Position numbers and translations under genes: made by a program. This document shows positions 22,674-37,200 of a stretch of DNA of 49,621 nt, one piece after another. Below the pieces are notes generated by a model. That model did not search any database, was not told where the DNA came from, and saw only the letters and a list, made by a program, of their open reading frames with translations. Each line of letters begins with the position of its first letter. The stretch's first letter is position 1. The DNA lies in contig NC_068995.1 of assembly GCF_001194135.2 (NCBI RefSeq), forward strand, positions 17,485,572 to 17,535,192, given 5' to 3'. Source of the stretch: Octopus bimaculoides. Its lineage: Eukaryota.

Positions 22674-25600
22674 ATTCATAATTGTAATAATGATAAACAA
22701 GTGACAGAAAAATTGCACAACGAATATAATAACATAGCTGATATAACTATAGTTTCAATAGAACTTATTCGTATTGTGATGTATACCAAGTTTGAGTAGA
22801 ACTGATTATTGTATCTTCAGATATTCTGAATTAGGACTCTAATTTATGATATACGCATTACAATCATATATATGTATATATACTACTTGATCTCGCGTAA
22901 GTATTCTACCGAAGTACATTTTACTCATTAAAATAAATTCATTGTAATCAACGATCAGTTCTGAGAAATTAAACGTATACTCATACACCATTCCTGTTGT
23001 GCCTATGCCGATATTATTTTATTGTTTTTCAAGTACAGTGCTTTCGGGGTAGTGATTAAGTAGACCTATCCTTGTACATCGTTCCCATTGTGCCTACACC
23101 GCCTATTTTTCATTGTTTTTCATATAGAGTGCTTATAGGATAATAATGTCAATATTTTTCTAAGGCAGATAGATGTGATTCGACATAGATTGAGTTACTA
23201 TTTCTAGTAAATCGATTGACCATGTAGATTTTTATTTGTGACTAGTGGATTCTTAAAATGAACTATTTCATATTCACTATAAAATTTGAATGCACATTGG
23301 GACAGCCAGACATTGCATTGCATAAATCTTCGAGTCTCGTATCTGATTTTCATTTGCATAACATTCTTTTGTCTGTAATAATCTTGTCTGCATTGGAAAT
23401 GTTCTTTCAAAATATTACATATTGGAGCAAATAGTAGCTGCACATACATCAACATGAATTTACTTGCGGAAAATATCCTGCCTGCATTTTGCGTCTTTTA
23501 ATTTTAAGTTTGAAAGTTAAAATTGTAACTTGCTAGAATGTATCTGAATATTAATTAGCAAAAGTTAATAATTATGTTACTTGTACAATGTACTGAGGAA
23601 ACGAACAAATACTGGATTTAATAAATCAAAAGCAACGGAATAATTTGGGAGTTAAGGATATGAATTAAAAAATTTCAATTTGTTATTCCCAACTACTGCA
23701 AAAACCGAGAACAATCTTCCAGATAATGCTATTTGAAGATTTACAGTCCGTACCCTGGTGTTTAATATTACAAACACTAACTTGTGGTTGGTAATTTTTG
23801 AAATAAATTAATCACTTCTACATGAAAACGTGACATGCGTTAAGTTTTGATTGCTCTTCAGGAAAAGAAGTCAACCTCACGTTGAAGGAATGGTTTAGAT
23901 TTCAATTTGATAGTTGGATGCACTGGTACAAGTCTATGAATGTCTGTGATGATGATGGAGATATTGTCGATGAGTGCAGTAAAGGTCAAAGCGAAGATAA
24001 ATATGAAAACGAAAAGGATGCTATGAATATTTTCGAGGTAAGACGTAGTAGAGATGTAGTAGAGATGTTAAGCCATGGTAAAGAGAATACTTTCGGTATT
24101 GCAGTCAATGTTGTTGCTGATAGTAATAGTTTAGTCTGCTTTTGGGGTTGATGATGATTATTATCGATATATTTTTTACAAAACAAGTACTCTGGGTATG
24201 GTTACCGATGGAAGTAATGAATGTAATGCCTTGGATGCTATTTGTGGATGCTGTAATGCTTTCTGCTTTAGCTGAAGTACCTACTCTTTATTGTTTTTCA
24301 TGTTGAATGTTGTGTAGCACTGTTTAATTGAAGGATTTAGGAGATGAGGTTATTGTTGTTATTAAAGGCTTTTAATTATTTCGTTGCTCCTGGTAGGAGT
24401 CACTAAACATTGACATCATGATTCGGTTGTTGCTGCTCTAATGAAATTAGCATTAAAAAAATTTCGATTTAGATTCCTTAACGAACCCTGGTTGGGCAAT
24501 GGCATTTTGTCGGAATGCATTAAATGAAAGATTAAAAAGAAGTTAATTTTATCGGGTCAAAGGATGCATGATTAGAGACCATGGGTCAATAAGTAAAGCA
24601 GCCAAGGCATCTATATCATGCAAGGCAGTCAAACAAACGCATAAATTCAGCACAATTACTTTAATGCAATTCATTCTATTTCTCCCCGAAGAAGAACTGT
24701 TTCCAATTTGTGTTCAATTCATCTTCCTACCCTGCATCTCTCATTTATTCATCCTACAGCATTTACTTTGAAGTGAATTGTAAAGATAGATAAATGAATA
24801 AATGAATAAATTGATAAACAGTCGCAAAACTATTAATTATTATTCTTATGGAACTGAATTTAGATAAACTTGTATCTCAATGTATGGCGGATAGAGCAAT
24901 AAATACATAGTTATGTCATATACAACTCTCTTGGGACCTATTCAACGATGAATTTGGATCGTAGTAGTTAATCAAATTGATCCAATTAGCTTATACGCTT
25001 CAAAGATACAAGAAGAAATATTGCTGTTGATTATTATTTTATTTTACTTTTACATGACTCTCCTTCTCCACCGGGACCACCTAATAATGTTTTCCGTAAT
25101 GGAAAATAATCTTCTCTCTAGGATCGACTATGGAATATTACAATGTGCTGTCAAAATAATACAAAGATATCGTAGTAATGGATTTACAATATATTAGATA
25201 AAAGAAAGCAACATTGCTAAATATTTGTAAAATGATATTAGAACAACTTTCTAATAGCTTTGTAGAATTCGAAATATATTAATTATTTGTATTATTAGCG
25301 AATGAATGATCCGTTATTGTTAAACAATAAGTCAATTGTTATTGGTTGAATGAAAAGCAACAACAATATAAATGAAATCACTAATTGCAAACAAATTTCT
25401 TTCATTTTATGTTAATTAAGAATATTGAAAGTCGGTAGTGGAAAGATATTAAGGGTTTTAATACTATAATGATCAATTCTTTCCGAGTAATGGAAATGAA
25501 CTTTTCTAACAAAAACATTGGCTGCAGATTTATTATTGTGATAGCTTAATGTCATAGCTACTCGTTATTTTTCGCCTACAATGCATCTAGGATTATATAT

Positions 25601-26069
25601 ACAGCAGTGTCACACGTAAATAATGTAGTTCACTGAAGGAAATTCGATTCATTGAGATTAGTTATGTAATTAGCAAACATACATTCTATCTCGGGTCATT
25701 TAAAATAGAAAACAATAACCAAGAAAAATGATTTAGAATATGTCAGTCAAAAAAAAAAAAAAGTGCTGGGATACAAAAACAATGCAAATGGGAACAGAAT
25801 GATTGTACCTCTATTGCCAACTGGTGACAGCAATAGAGGTGTTTCTGTTTTCGAATTCTTCAGTAAAATTCGTTACAGTAAGATTAACTACTTTTGGAAA
25901 TGTTTAACAGTAATTCGCAAATATGACTCGGTTCAAACCATGGTGCATATGAGCTAAACTGACGCTCAGTCTAGTAATAACCACATCACACCACATCAGT
26001 TATTCGGCGATTTGCTAAATAGAAGGTTCATGTAATGCAATATCTGATTTGTCCAAAATTAAATAATTG

Positions 26070-27040
26070 CTTGGAACAGCAGTGATTTATATAAAATTCT
26101 AGTTCAAATTATGAGAAGCGTTTTACTGAGTTTGCTTATGTTGCGACAGTGTTATACATAGGTGTGTTTGAGCCATTCATAATATCACGGGGAGTAATGG
26201 CTTTGTGAGTCTGGAAGAAAATACAACTGAATCTATATTAAATGCAAACGATTTCCATCATAAGGGAACATTGTCAAATGGCGAATATGCTTGCTGTGTT
26301 CCGTAAAAAAATTGCCTGATTCATGTGAAGCTTCTGAAATGGTAGATATCAGTAGATGTGCCAAGATGCTATGAAATTTGTGCTGACCCTTTTTATAGAG
26401 ACGAAAAAACAAACGCCGGTAACGATGTGTATGATTTATCGTTCGAAAGATTAAAACTTTCAGAGAAAAGCCATGATAAAATATTCATGTGCGACTATGA
26501 TATCGAAACCAAAATACAGTCGCTCCAATATGCTAAATCATCGTCGAAGAGACACAAGAAAAAAAAAATGTTTGAAACCCTCACATATGTAGGCTACGGA
26601 AGTAGATCATCTCCTTTTACTGGAAAATTACCCTGCATCAGAAATTTGTTTCATGTGAACAGATGATTAATAAAGACTTTGACTTGAATAATCTGAAGCG
26701 TTTGGAACAGTCAGAGAGATGGAAGTGGATTGAAGTTTACATATGGAAATAATGGATGCTACACCATGATAATGCATCAGATAACATTTTTTTAGCAAAG
26801 TAAAACATTAGGAGCCGTTCTTCACAAAATCTCTCCGTCCTCCAGATTTATCCACTTCGGACTTTTATTTTTCACAAAAAAAAAAAAAACGCCACCATCC
26901 TCAAGTGTTGATGAATATGCGCTTTGAGAATCGTGCTATACTTAAAACTGGGTTGCTGGATGCATTTCGAAACTAGGAAAAATTCGTTGGATCGATGTAT
27001 CACAAGTGGAGTGGGGACTAGGTTGAGCACCAGTCTAATG
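26070..27040 (+). mobile_element. Decayed mariner (DD34D-type) transposase pseudogene
   Basis: Motifs occur in order: EQ..IKF*FKL (26074-26111), GFVSLEE, HDKIFMCDYDIETKIQSLQY (GDETWVYxYDPETKxQSxQW-like), WMLHHDNA (26753-26776), PPDLSTSDFYF (26839-26871; YSPDLAPSDF-like) and RWDRCITSG-like. Many stops and frameshifts; TIRs not recognised. Confidence 0.85.
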
Positions 27041-27623
27041 AAAGAGTATATCTATATTTCTTTTTAATTGCTTATCTTATATGTAGGTCATTCTCAGATA
27101 GAAATAGAAATATTGTAATGAGACAGAATATAAATATCAGCAAAATGCCTATGGAAATTACCTCAAAGGCTTATCCAACAATTAAGCTCACAGTCAATAG
27201 GATTTCACCTACGTAATATAAGGAATACATAACTTCGATTTACTGAATTAATTCATACGGTCAATAGACAAATACCTTCTCTAGTGATGATTGGAATCTG
27301 AAGCAATAAGTTAGCTATCGCCTACAGTATACACAAAATTGAATCTTTGATGAAATGACATTTGTCAAGTGGGATCTTGTCTTAAAAAGCAATGCGTTCT
27401 TTCCAATTTAAAATGGTAAGAAGGTTTCAATAAAATATAGTTCCTATTAATAGAAAATCATGTAACAATGTCAAAAAGTGCATCGCTGTCTTGAACTGTT
27501 CAACGTTTTTACAATACTTGATAAACATTATATAATTCTTATCGGAAATTTTCTCCTTGACCTAAAATGTACCATTATAGAAAGTGACTACTAAAAGTAA
27601 ATTGCCGTTCACAAAGAAAATTA

Positions 27624-27715
27624 AAGGCCGTGAGCTGGTAGAATTGTTAGCGCGTCTGTAAAATTTGCGTTGCCCTAGTATTTCCTGTTGCATTTTAAGT
27701 TCAAATCCTGAAACT
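27624..27715 (+). mobile_element. SINE family B head only
   Basis: 'aaggccgtgagctggtagaattgttagcgcg...aagttcaaatcc' is the tRNA-like A/B-box head, in opposite orientation to 22492-22673. Confidence 0.65.
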
Positions 27716-28479
27716 GTCTAACAAGTGATGCACAGTCAGATTTAGCCGACTTGAGAATTAAATAAAGAAAAAAATATTGAGGTGTCATGCAGTAGAATTG
27801 AACTCTAAACTACAAAGATGCAGAATTCACTGCTTAACTGTGAAGAAATGAGTTGTGTAATTTAATAATCTGATGTGAGTGAAATTTAAAGCAAGAAAAT
27901 ATTTTACTTTTGCTCTTCTCCATGACGTTTGCTTCGTTCGATATCCAGATGAAACATATTCACTTCTTTTTATAGTTTGTGGTCAAAGTTGTATGCATTA
28001 GAATTACCAGAGGAGAAATCAAAATAGTTTATGATGTTTCATTATGACCCATTATGTTGTATGTTCTGTTCTCAAAAGCGGATTTACGTCTATCATTCAT
28101 CTCACAGGTATCGTAATAATAGTTGGTTTACAACTCTTATCTTTCAAATTACTTAGAACGATGACACACTCAGTACATATTTAGATTTCCGTAAATGTCC
28201 TTCTATGTTACGCGATACTTTTGGGAATGTACTTTGAATACCCGCTTCACTTTTTAAGCTCCCTTAAACCTCTTCATAAATATATAACAGGGCATATTCA
28301 CTACTGCTGAGAGCGTTGTCCATGGTTAACAATAGGAAGCTCTAAAAATAGGATGGGTGTTTTTTTTTGCTCCTATATTGTAGTTATACACAATTAATTC
28401 CAAATATCTGACGTACAATTCTTCTTTAGTATTTTATAATGGAGTTATATACAACATTGGGGGATCCAATCAATTCAAA

Positions 28480-28985
28480 ACTAAATGTCTATCCGTACGA
28501 ATATCAACGTATTAATAACAGAATCCTTATAAAGCACAATCACGAAGAGCTGCAGGTCATTTTAATATATTTCATAATGCTTATTCACGTTTATATCAAG
28601 AAATTAATATTAAAAAAGTGTCTTAGCAGATTATCCGCATTGGAGGTACACACCTTCATGTTCAAATTCAAATCCATGATCATTCTGTTCAAAAGTAAAT
28701 CATATTTTTTTCTCAAGTGAGAGGTGTATACTTGATTATTTATCAACAAGATGTCTCCCGGACAGTCTTGTATAAACACGAGTTTCGCTGCATCATCGAA
28801 GAGGCATAAAGTAGTTCGAACTTTTACCATATTCAGACCTCATAAAAATATTATGCATATATTGGTAAGGCTAAGTTGCGAATTATGGAATTTTTGATCG
28901 GATATGTCTCAAGGGTTTTTCAAGATATTGTGTTATATCACTAACTCCGATGGATTGTTCATACTCAAATAATATTGGGTCATAG
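28480..28985 (-). mobile_element. Decayed Penelope-like RT core fragment
   Basis: DITQYLEKPLRHIRSKIP*FAT (ISxYLDxxLxPxxxxIPSxIxDT-like), CLFD..SCLYKTV (SFDVxSLYTNVP-like) and FEFEHEGVYLQCG (FxFNxxxYxQxxG-like), in the correct order. Confidence 0.5.
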
Positions 28986-29125
28986 AAAATATTAACTGCA
29001 CAAAATAAATTTCTGCATTCAGACACATGCACATATATACACACAGACTTGTACATAAAAGACATGCAAAAAAAAAAAATAAATAACATCCAATCATACA
29101 CATAAACAAAACACCATGATAAGCA

Positions 29126-29138
29126 AAACACACACACA

Positions 29139-29185
<47 letters not shown>

Positions 29186-29190
29186 ACACA
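29126..29190. repeat. (CA)n microsatellite
   Basis: Directly visible. Confidence 0.97.
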
Positions 29191-29512
29191 TATTATTCGA
29201 CACTTATAAGTACCTGGACACTCGGCTGAACATGTATTCCACTATCTGTCTTAAACCTGGACATTTATCCTATCACCCGTCTTGCGATCAGTCAAAGATC
29301 CACTTTGTCCAAATCTTCGTGACTTTTCCGACTATCTTGCACATTTTAATTCTTGCTTTTTCCACTAACATCAATTAGTGGTAAAAAAAATTCCTGTTTG
29401 TACCACTCACTAATATGAAGATAATATTAAAAACGTTATTTCAGTCAAATCTTACCATTTATCTGACGTTTCTGGCGAATATGGTCGCCTGTGATTTTGT
29501 CCTCCGGCAAAC

Positions 29513-29850
<338 letters not shown>

Positions 29851-31017
29851 TACATATATAGATGCTCGTGTGTATGAGTATAAACACATTATACATAATC
29901 AGAGATACAGACAAATTGAGAGAGAGAGAGAAAGGGAAAAAGAGGGAGCGAGAATATGCATAGGTGTGGGTGTATGTATGCGCTGAATGTGTGCGTGACT
30001 ATTTCCCCAGATAAGAAAAGAGCATAGCCTAGTCGAAGACAGAGAGAGGGAAGTTTTGATTGAATAGTAGATAATAGATATGTCGGAGATTGATTAGCCA
30101 TCTCAATAAATAGAGTGAATTACATTTTCTCCCAACTATGTCCATTTTATTGGTTTTCAATATGTACTAATCTAATAACATTTTTTAAAAAACATTGACG
30201 GCTTATTTTATCTTTATCATTTACTAGAGTGAAGTACAATTCTACGCGATATATTTCCCGTCATTAAACTATGAACATTGATCAATTACTTTTGAAATGT
30301 ATATGATTGGAACAGTTTTCAAGATTAAAGACATGTTATAGGAAACATTTTTAAAAACGTTATTAATGGAATTTGATTAAAGCTAGTAAAAAATAAAAAT
30401 GATAATAATAATTGTACTTGTTTTGATACTGTATTAGACCTATATATAGCGCACTTAGAAATCATCTCTTTGTAGATATCACGTGAATGCTCATTAAATG
30501 ATGTCAAACAAGTAATGAATAATTTAGACGACAAAATATATGTATCAATAACTATATATTTCGATATATTTATAAATCAATTAATTAAAGCTATTCACGA
30601 TTTTAAAATTACAATTTGCATATGTTGATTCCCATTTGTTTGATACTGTCTACACTTTCATGTATCTCTTAATCTTTTCATGTCTATACATTTAGAGAGT
30701 TCCGACACATTAAGTGTTTCCCTTTTTACCGTGCCTCATTCACCAGACCTATTTCTCTCTCTGACACACTTTATTTTTGAATAGAACACAATCTATGTTC
30801 ATGATTTAAAAAAAAAAATAAGGTTAAAAAAATCTGTTGATAAGTCTGAGCACAAGAAGTACAATAATTATGTCTGAAAATGTGCCGTACTCATGATTCA
30901 TTATTTACGAACGTTTATCGCTTAACGATTGGTTACGATTTCAATGCAAAATATCATTGCATACTATTCTATTAAAAGTGTACCTGATGATTTTGCTCAT
31001 ACATGCATACATAGCTG

Positions 31018-31048
<31 letters not shown>

Positions 31049-31547
31049 TCATACATACATACATACATACATGCATACATTNNNNNNNNNNNNNNNNNNN
31101 NNNNNNNNNNNNNNNNNNNNNNNNNNNNNNNNNNNNNNNNNNNNNNNNNNNNNNNNNNNNNNNNNNNNNTATATATATACATATACATATATACACACGC
31201 ATATCTTCTACTTGTGTTCATTCATGACAGAATCACCGCGATCGACAACGATTAAAGAAAGCGCACTGCATGTAATATGATTTTCATTATTTAGATACGT
31301 GTAAGTTATATATGTGCGTCGAATGTTTGCATTGCTTACCTATTTCTATCGTATAACACCAAACGTGTTGGTATTTGCGGCCGTGACACTAAACTTATGA
31401 AAGTTTTTGCAAAGGAAAATCAGCAACATAAGAATTAAATACCTATGTATTACCGATATTTAACAACAGCATGATATAAAAGTTTTGAATAAGAATTTGT
31501 CAGCTTATAGTAAGTAGTTTTACATGATTACTATTCCTCTCCATAAC

Positions 31548-31640
31548 GAAGTGATCCCAAACTTTTTATTTCTGGGCCGCATTTTCAGAATGAAAATTTG
31601 CTCGCGCCTCACCAAATTTTATGTGATGAAAACTACATCT
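31548..31640 (+). mobile_element. Possible hAT-type MITE terminus
   Basis: 'aagtgatcccaaactttttatttctgggccgcattttcagaatgaaaatttgctcgcgcc' resembles CAGTGGTTCCCAAAC-type hAT ends. The opposite end was not found. Confidence 0.35.
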
Positions 31641-31799
31641 AGAAATAAAACCAAAACCCCACTAATTGTGCGTATATAACATAAATAACTCATAATATGA
31701 TTAAAGTACACGAATTTAAAGAGAAGTGTAAGCTTGGTTGTGACGAGTAATCTTCTTTATATTAGACTTAAGTTGAGATAAAGCCTTTCTAATTTTTGG

Positions 31800-32310
31800 T
31801 TTTTGATATTTGTTGTCAGAACTGAAAATCCTTGTCGCAGCAATACATCGTGGAGATCTGTAGAAGAATGTAAAAGAATCTCTTTGAAGAGATACGTGGA
31901 TATTGTTTCTAGTTGTATATCCAAACAGAAGAAAAATACTGTTTTAAACTTTGTAATCATATTTATTTTTGACATGAATATTTTGAAACTGTTTCTAAAT
32001 TTCTGTTTGTTTTTTAATCATTCCGCCTCACCTGCTATCCTCTTTCGCCGCACCTATGACGTGCGTGGCACCCTTTGGGAGCCACTGGCTAACACAACAG
32101 GACACTTTTCAAATGTATTTGACTATGTACCTCACACGCACACATGCATACTAAGACACCACATGTGTGTTTTCCGCTCTCTCCATTTTTTCAACTCAAT
32201 CCGATCTGCCGAAGAGCGTAGGCTCGAAAAGTCAAAGACTTTTCCATTCTTCCCGAGCGTCAGACTAATACACCTGCTTCCTGATTTCGTCTTTTGTTTT
32301 CTGTAAACAA
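31800..32310 (+). mobile_element. Penelope-like element 3' end / pseudo-LTR
   Basis: Weak GIY-YIG C-terminal resemblance (LKILVAAIHRGDL*K..KESL; VYPN), then a pyrimidine-rich UTR and a hammerhead-like core at 32206-32242, followed by a T-rich tail. Confidence 0.55.
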
Positions 32311-32340
32311 TGTGTGTGTGGGCCTGTGTGTATGTCTATG

Positions 32341-32374
<34 letters not shown>

Positions 32375-33289
32375 CATGCCTGCACACACACACACGCACA
32401 CACACACACACATATATATATATATGTATATACAAATAAAACAGAAAATATTTATATATACACACATAAACATTCACACAAATAGAACATCGAACATGAA
32501 AATTACAGAATACTGGGAGGAAAATACATAATTTCGTTCTTCGATAGCTGTTTCAGGAATTTCGGTATTATCTAATGAGCGCAATGTTCATAATTTGCTG
32601 AAAGAATATGCAAGATGTCTTGAATATGCAACCAAGAAACAATCACACGGATATACTTCTATATAATTGCGAGCACGTCATCAAGTGAAATTTGGCAAAG
32701 CAGTGCACATACAAGTGTGAGAAATTTAAAGGTTGAAGTGAAAGTGGGGGGAGAATAAGAAAAAAAGACAGAGACAGAGGGACGGTATAAGCGGTGAATG
32801 AAGGGAAACTGAGGTAGAGAAGGAGAAATACAAGGCAGGGAGAGAGGATGTTTCTATGACAGAAGGTAAATGAACAGAGGTAAAACAGATGAAGAAAAGG
32901 ATAGAATAGAGAAGGTAGAAAAGAAGGTAATGTTAAGGGAGGATCTCATCGAACAGGCTTTAAATAAAGTTGAGATTGTAGTTGGCTATTCAGAGTGACA
33001 GGAAGAGGGAAGAAATTGGCAAAAAAATTTGGGGTAGAGCTAGCAGAAGGAGAAGTTATGTTGAGATAAGAACAAGGTGCAAGGGGAATGCAGAAAAATG
33101 CTGCTAGCATAGCTAACTAATAAATAACCGATTAATCATAATAAGAAGAAATCATAAAATCTTTTCGTAATGGGCAAAATTGGAATAAGAAATGTGCCTC
33201 ACGAGATTACGTCAGAGAGAGCCTATAGAGTAAAGAGAAACAACAACGGCAAAGGACTGAGAGATTTCCAACAATAGAGTTTACAAATA

Positions 33290-33450
33290 CCGAGGTCATT
33301 AATGTAAGGAGAGGCCCCTTAAACTACAGGCCGGGATTGAAGTAACCGTAGAGTAATTAGTAACGTGAAATGAAGTATTCCACTTGAGAGTACAACGGAC
33401 AACACCGTCTAGGAATTGAAACAACGATCACCATATCAACCATGCAACGT
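33290..33450 (-). mobile_element. Decayed tRNA-derived SINE (third family)
   Basis: 'gtgaaatgaagtattccacttgagagtacaacgg...ctaggaattgaaacaacgatc' is the reverse complement of a B-box plus 'ctcaag' core typical of tRNA SINEs. Confidence 0.5.
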
Positions 33451-34083
33451 GACCTCATTTACTTTCTCTCTCTCTCTCTCTCTCACACACACATGTATAC
33501 ACGCATATATATGGACACACGCATACATGTATCCAAACAGACACATACATAAAGGCAGAGATACATGCACATACTCACACATATGCACATGCGCACACAT
33601 TTGCTCATACCTATGTGACCATAGATTGCTAAATTAAATACAACTGAAACACTTTTATAGACGCAAACATGGTACACACAACATACTTACATCCACGCAC
33701 AGAAACACTCACGCGCGCGCACATATACACACATATACGCATATATATATATATATAAACAATATATGAGTATATGCATATATATGTACATGTATGTACA
33801 TACCTTCATCTACATGTACATATAGATACACACACACACACACACACANNNNNNNNNNNNNNNNNNNNNNNNNNNNNNNNNNNNNNNNNNNNNNNNNNNN
33901 NNNNNNNNNNNNNNNNNNNNNNNNNNNNNNNNNNNNNNNNNNNNNNNNNNNNNNNNNNNNNNNNNNNNNNNNNNNNNNNNNNNNNNNNNNNNNNNNNNNN
34001 NNNNNNNNNNNNNNNNNNNNNNNNNNNNNNNNNNNNNNNNNNNNNNNNNNNNNNNNNNNNNNNNNNNNNNNNNNNNNNNNNNN

Positions 34084-34126
<43 letters not shown>

Positions 34127-34127
<1 letters not shown>

Positions 34128-34232
34128 CAAGAGACCGGTAAAATAAGTACCAGATGAACAGAAATATATTCAGTTTTGGGGATCGACTTTCAAAGCCATA
34201 CCACAATATGGCGGCAGTCTAATGAATAAAAC
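34127..34232 (+). mobile_element. SINE family A-related 3' half
   Basis: 'gcaagagaccggtaaaataagtaccag...ggggatcgact...atggcggcagtctaatga' aligns with 16775-16885. Confidence 0.6.
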
Positions 34233-37200
34233 CATTAAATGATAAGCGAAGAAGTATTACACAATTTTTTACTTGTATTGAGTACATTTCCTCAAGCTTC
34301 TAAGCATCGATATCTTTTAATTTCCATATACGTGTGTGTATCTGTGTGTGTGTAGGTGTGCATATATTTGTACAAAAATATGTCTATAAATGCACGTATA
34401 TGTATATATACACACATGCAAATAATGTACATAAAATATATCCATTATATTTTCTAATCTCTAAAGTACACGCTCTTCACAGGTACATTTAATATACAAT
34501 GAAACTAATCTCATAAAGAAATGAACATAAAAAAATATGTATGAGAGTTACTCCGTAGTTGCAGACACCCAAGGAAATTCCAATCACGCAATTGTGCTAT
34601 AAAAACATATTTTAATAATTTCTATTCAACAAAAATATAACATATATAGAAAACAATAAATAATCAGAAACTTAATTTATTAGCACATGAAACAAGAAAC
34701 ACTTCAAACGTTTAATCGAACTGCAGTATTTTTCTCTCGTGGTTTCCTTTAATCTATCTAGTGTCACATTCTCTCATCACATCAAGTATTTCAGTATTTC
34801 ATTCATGGTTTTCTTTTTGTCTTAACAGAAAATTGAATATTAAATATTTTTCTATTTTGTGACGGGAGAAATTTATACCTTTGACCCTAAGTGATATTTT
34901 ACCAAAATTCAAAACATTTTACACTTGAGAAATATAAATCCTGTTGGCTACCGAATCTAACTGATTTGTAGCCGGATACTTCAAGTAAATGTCGTGAAAT
35001 CAAAGGTCATATTTCTCATAAATCATGTCATTTTTTTTTCATCGTATTCCAGAGTAAAAGATGTTAGTTCAATAGCACTTGCATGTACAGCACATACTAT
35101 TTCAAACAGGCATTTCACTGTTTAATTAGTTGGTATCCAGAAAGTTCAAAAGAGAAACAAACCACATTTCTTCTAGGAGATTAATAGTTAGCGTAACCAT
35201 TCATTCTGGAACAAAATTACAGACAGGTATAAACGTCGGCGAAAATAAAAAAAAGTAAGTAAATAAAGGAAATAAAAATCAGTCTTATATTATTTAAATA
35301 TTTTTTTATAAACAAATAAGTATCTTAAGTGCTGCGTTAGAAATTTACTTGGTGTCGTTAGTAACAAAATTCGCATTTTACCTCCAAAAAATCTCGTATA
35401 GATATTATGATAATTACAGCTCGGGTTACATAAAAGTAAATCTGTTATATATTACTGAAACGAATTGAATCTATTCACTTTATGTGACTGTTTATAGTTA
35501 AACATACTGGGTTAATGAGATATGTTTTTATCCAAGGATACAAAGTGAAAGCAAGGTTACGGAAAGAAATTATGATCCTTTCGTTAGTAGGCCAACTGCC
35601 TTCTGCTGTAATCATTCGAATGCTAACCAACGAAAGCATATATGGTGAGCTCATATAAATGAGCGCTAATGTATGAACGATATAATGCTATCTGAATAAT
35701 ACTGTTTCCATTATGCTTTCGTAAAATATCTCTTTAAATAACTTTAGTTATTATCTTTTTACTCCTTGAAGCTGATTAAGTCAACCATACAATTTATCTT
35801 CATTGTTAATGGAAATCTCAGCAAAAGCAGCCTCTGTTTTAATTATCGATTAATCAGTCCTTCAGTGCTCAAGAAACACGCAAACGTGTATTTAAGTTTG
35901 AAGAATTAGCAGTTTGATACGATGAAATAAGATGTTTAACGATGATACTGTTCGGTAATTTATAGCTGATTTTAAGTAGACTCTGTCTTAACGATGCCGG
36001 CAAAGATTAATCACAGCCCTTAATGTAATCCTTTCATCGAAAATACAAGTAACATTTATATATATATTTTTTGGAAATTCCATTGCCAATGCAACTATAA
36101 ATATGATTAATTAACGAAAGGAAAACACTGGTATAAAAACCTCACCTTTCGTAGACACATCATTCCTTTTTATTTTTTTTTATTTTCGAAATTGCTGCAT
36201 GTTAATAAGATTAAGAATACATTATATTGCTATTCATAATGGAGAAAGTAATGAAGATGGTTCACATGTTACAATATTGAGCAAAAATGTATAACAATTT
36301 TGACTGTTTCTAAAATCCCCTGTTCAAATCAAACTGGGATTGCTTATGGATTTCGACACTGAAAGGCGCTTGATAAGATATTGTAGATGTTGCTCACATT
36401 AATGCAGTTTAATATATCGATGATCAAGGTTTGTTTTTTCTTCTACTTACTCAAATAAAATCTTAATATCCCGAGTAAAAAAGATATTTGATGAAATAAT
36501 GCATAGCTTTTAAGGCATGATGCTATCCAAATTTCTTCATGAAACACGTAATTTTATATTACTTAGAAATTAATTATTGAATAAAACATGCATTGTCCTT
36601 GTTCAATATGGTTGCTAAAATAAGCTAATGCGATGCATAGCACTCGTGATTGTTTCCATTTTGAACGCACCAAAAGCATGATTAAACAGAATTCCCCGTC
36701 TTTAGGAAGGCTACTGGTAGATTTGAAATTAATCAGAATCCTTCCTACTTGAGTATGGAGTATCTGATTACGTTCGTTAATTCCACGTGCGACGGTAACG
36801 CATTTCAGCAGTCTAGCCTAAATGGTTGATCATTATCGGCCGAGGAACCCAACTTTTTCCTCATTACGTACGTATCTTTTCTATTCTTGGCTTCTTTTAT
36901 CAGTAATTCTACTTCACGTAAGTTAACAATAAATCTTGTGTGTGGTCGTTGTATTGGATTGATATAACAGCTTTAGACGCATCACATCGGCATGAAAATT
37001 TAACAATTTATCAAATTCTATAGCTCTTGTTGCAATACCCCTAGTTAAACTGGTTTAAAAAAATTACAGCTTTAATGATCTGGTCATTATTGTGTCAAAT
37101 TAGGGTTGTTTATCGAAAAAAAGCAACTATCAAAATAAAACGTTTTTGCCATACCTTCACTTTGCTTATGTTCTTCTACATAAATTCATTTACTAGAAAT

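Noticed and set aside
25880-27130. Terminal inverted repeats for the mariner remnant
   Set aside because: No matching TIR pair is visible. The element is too eroded: there are only 89 nt between the second and third Asp codons versus 102 expected for D34D.
31803-32306. 167-aa gap-free ORF
   Set aside because: It runs through a PLE 3' end/pseudo-LTR in a frame without recognisable motifs.
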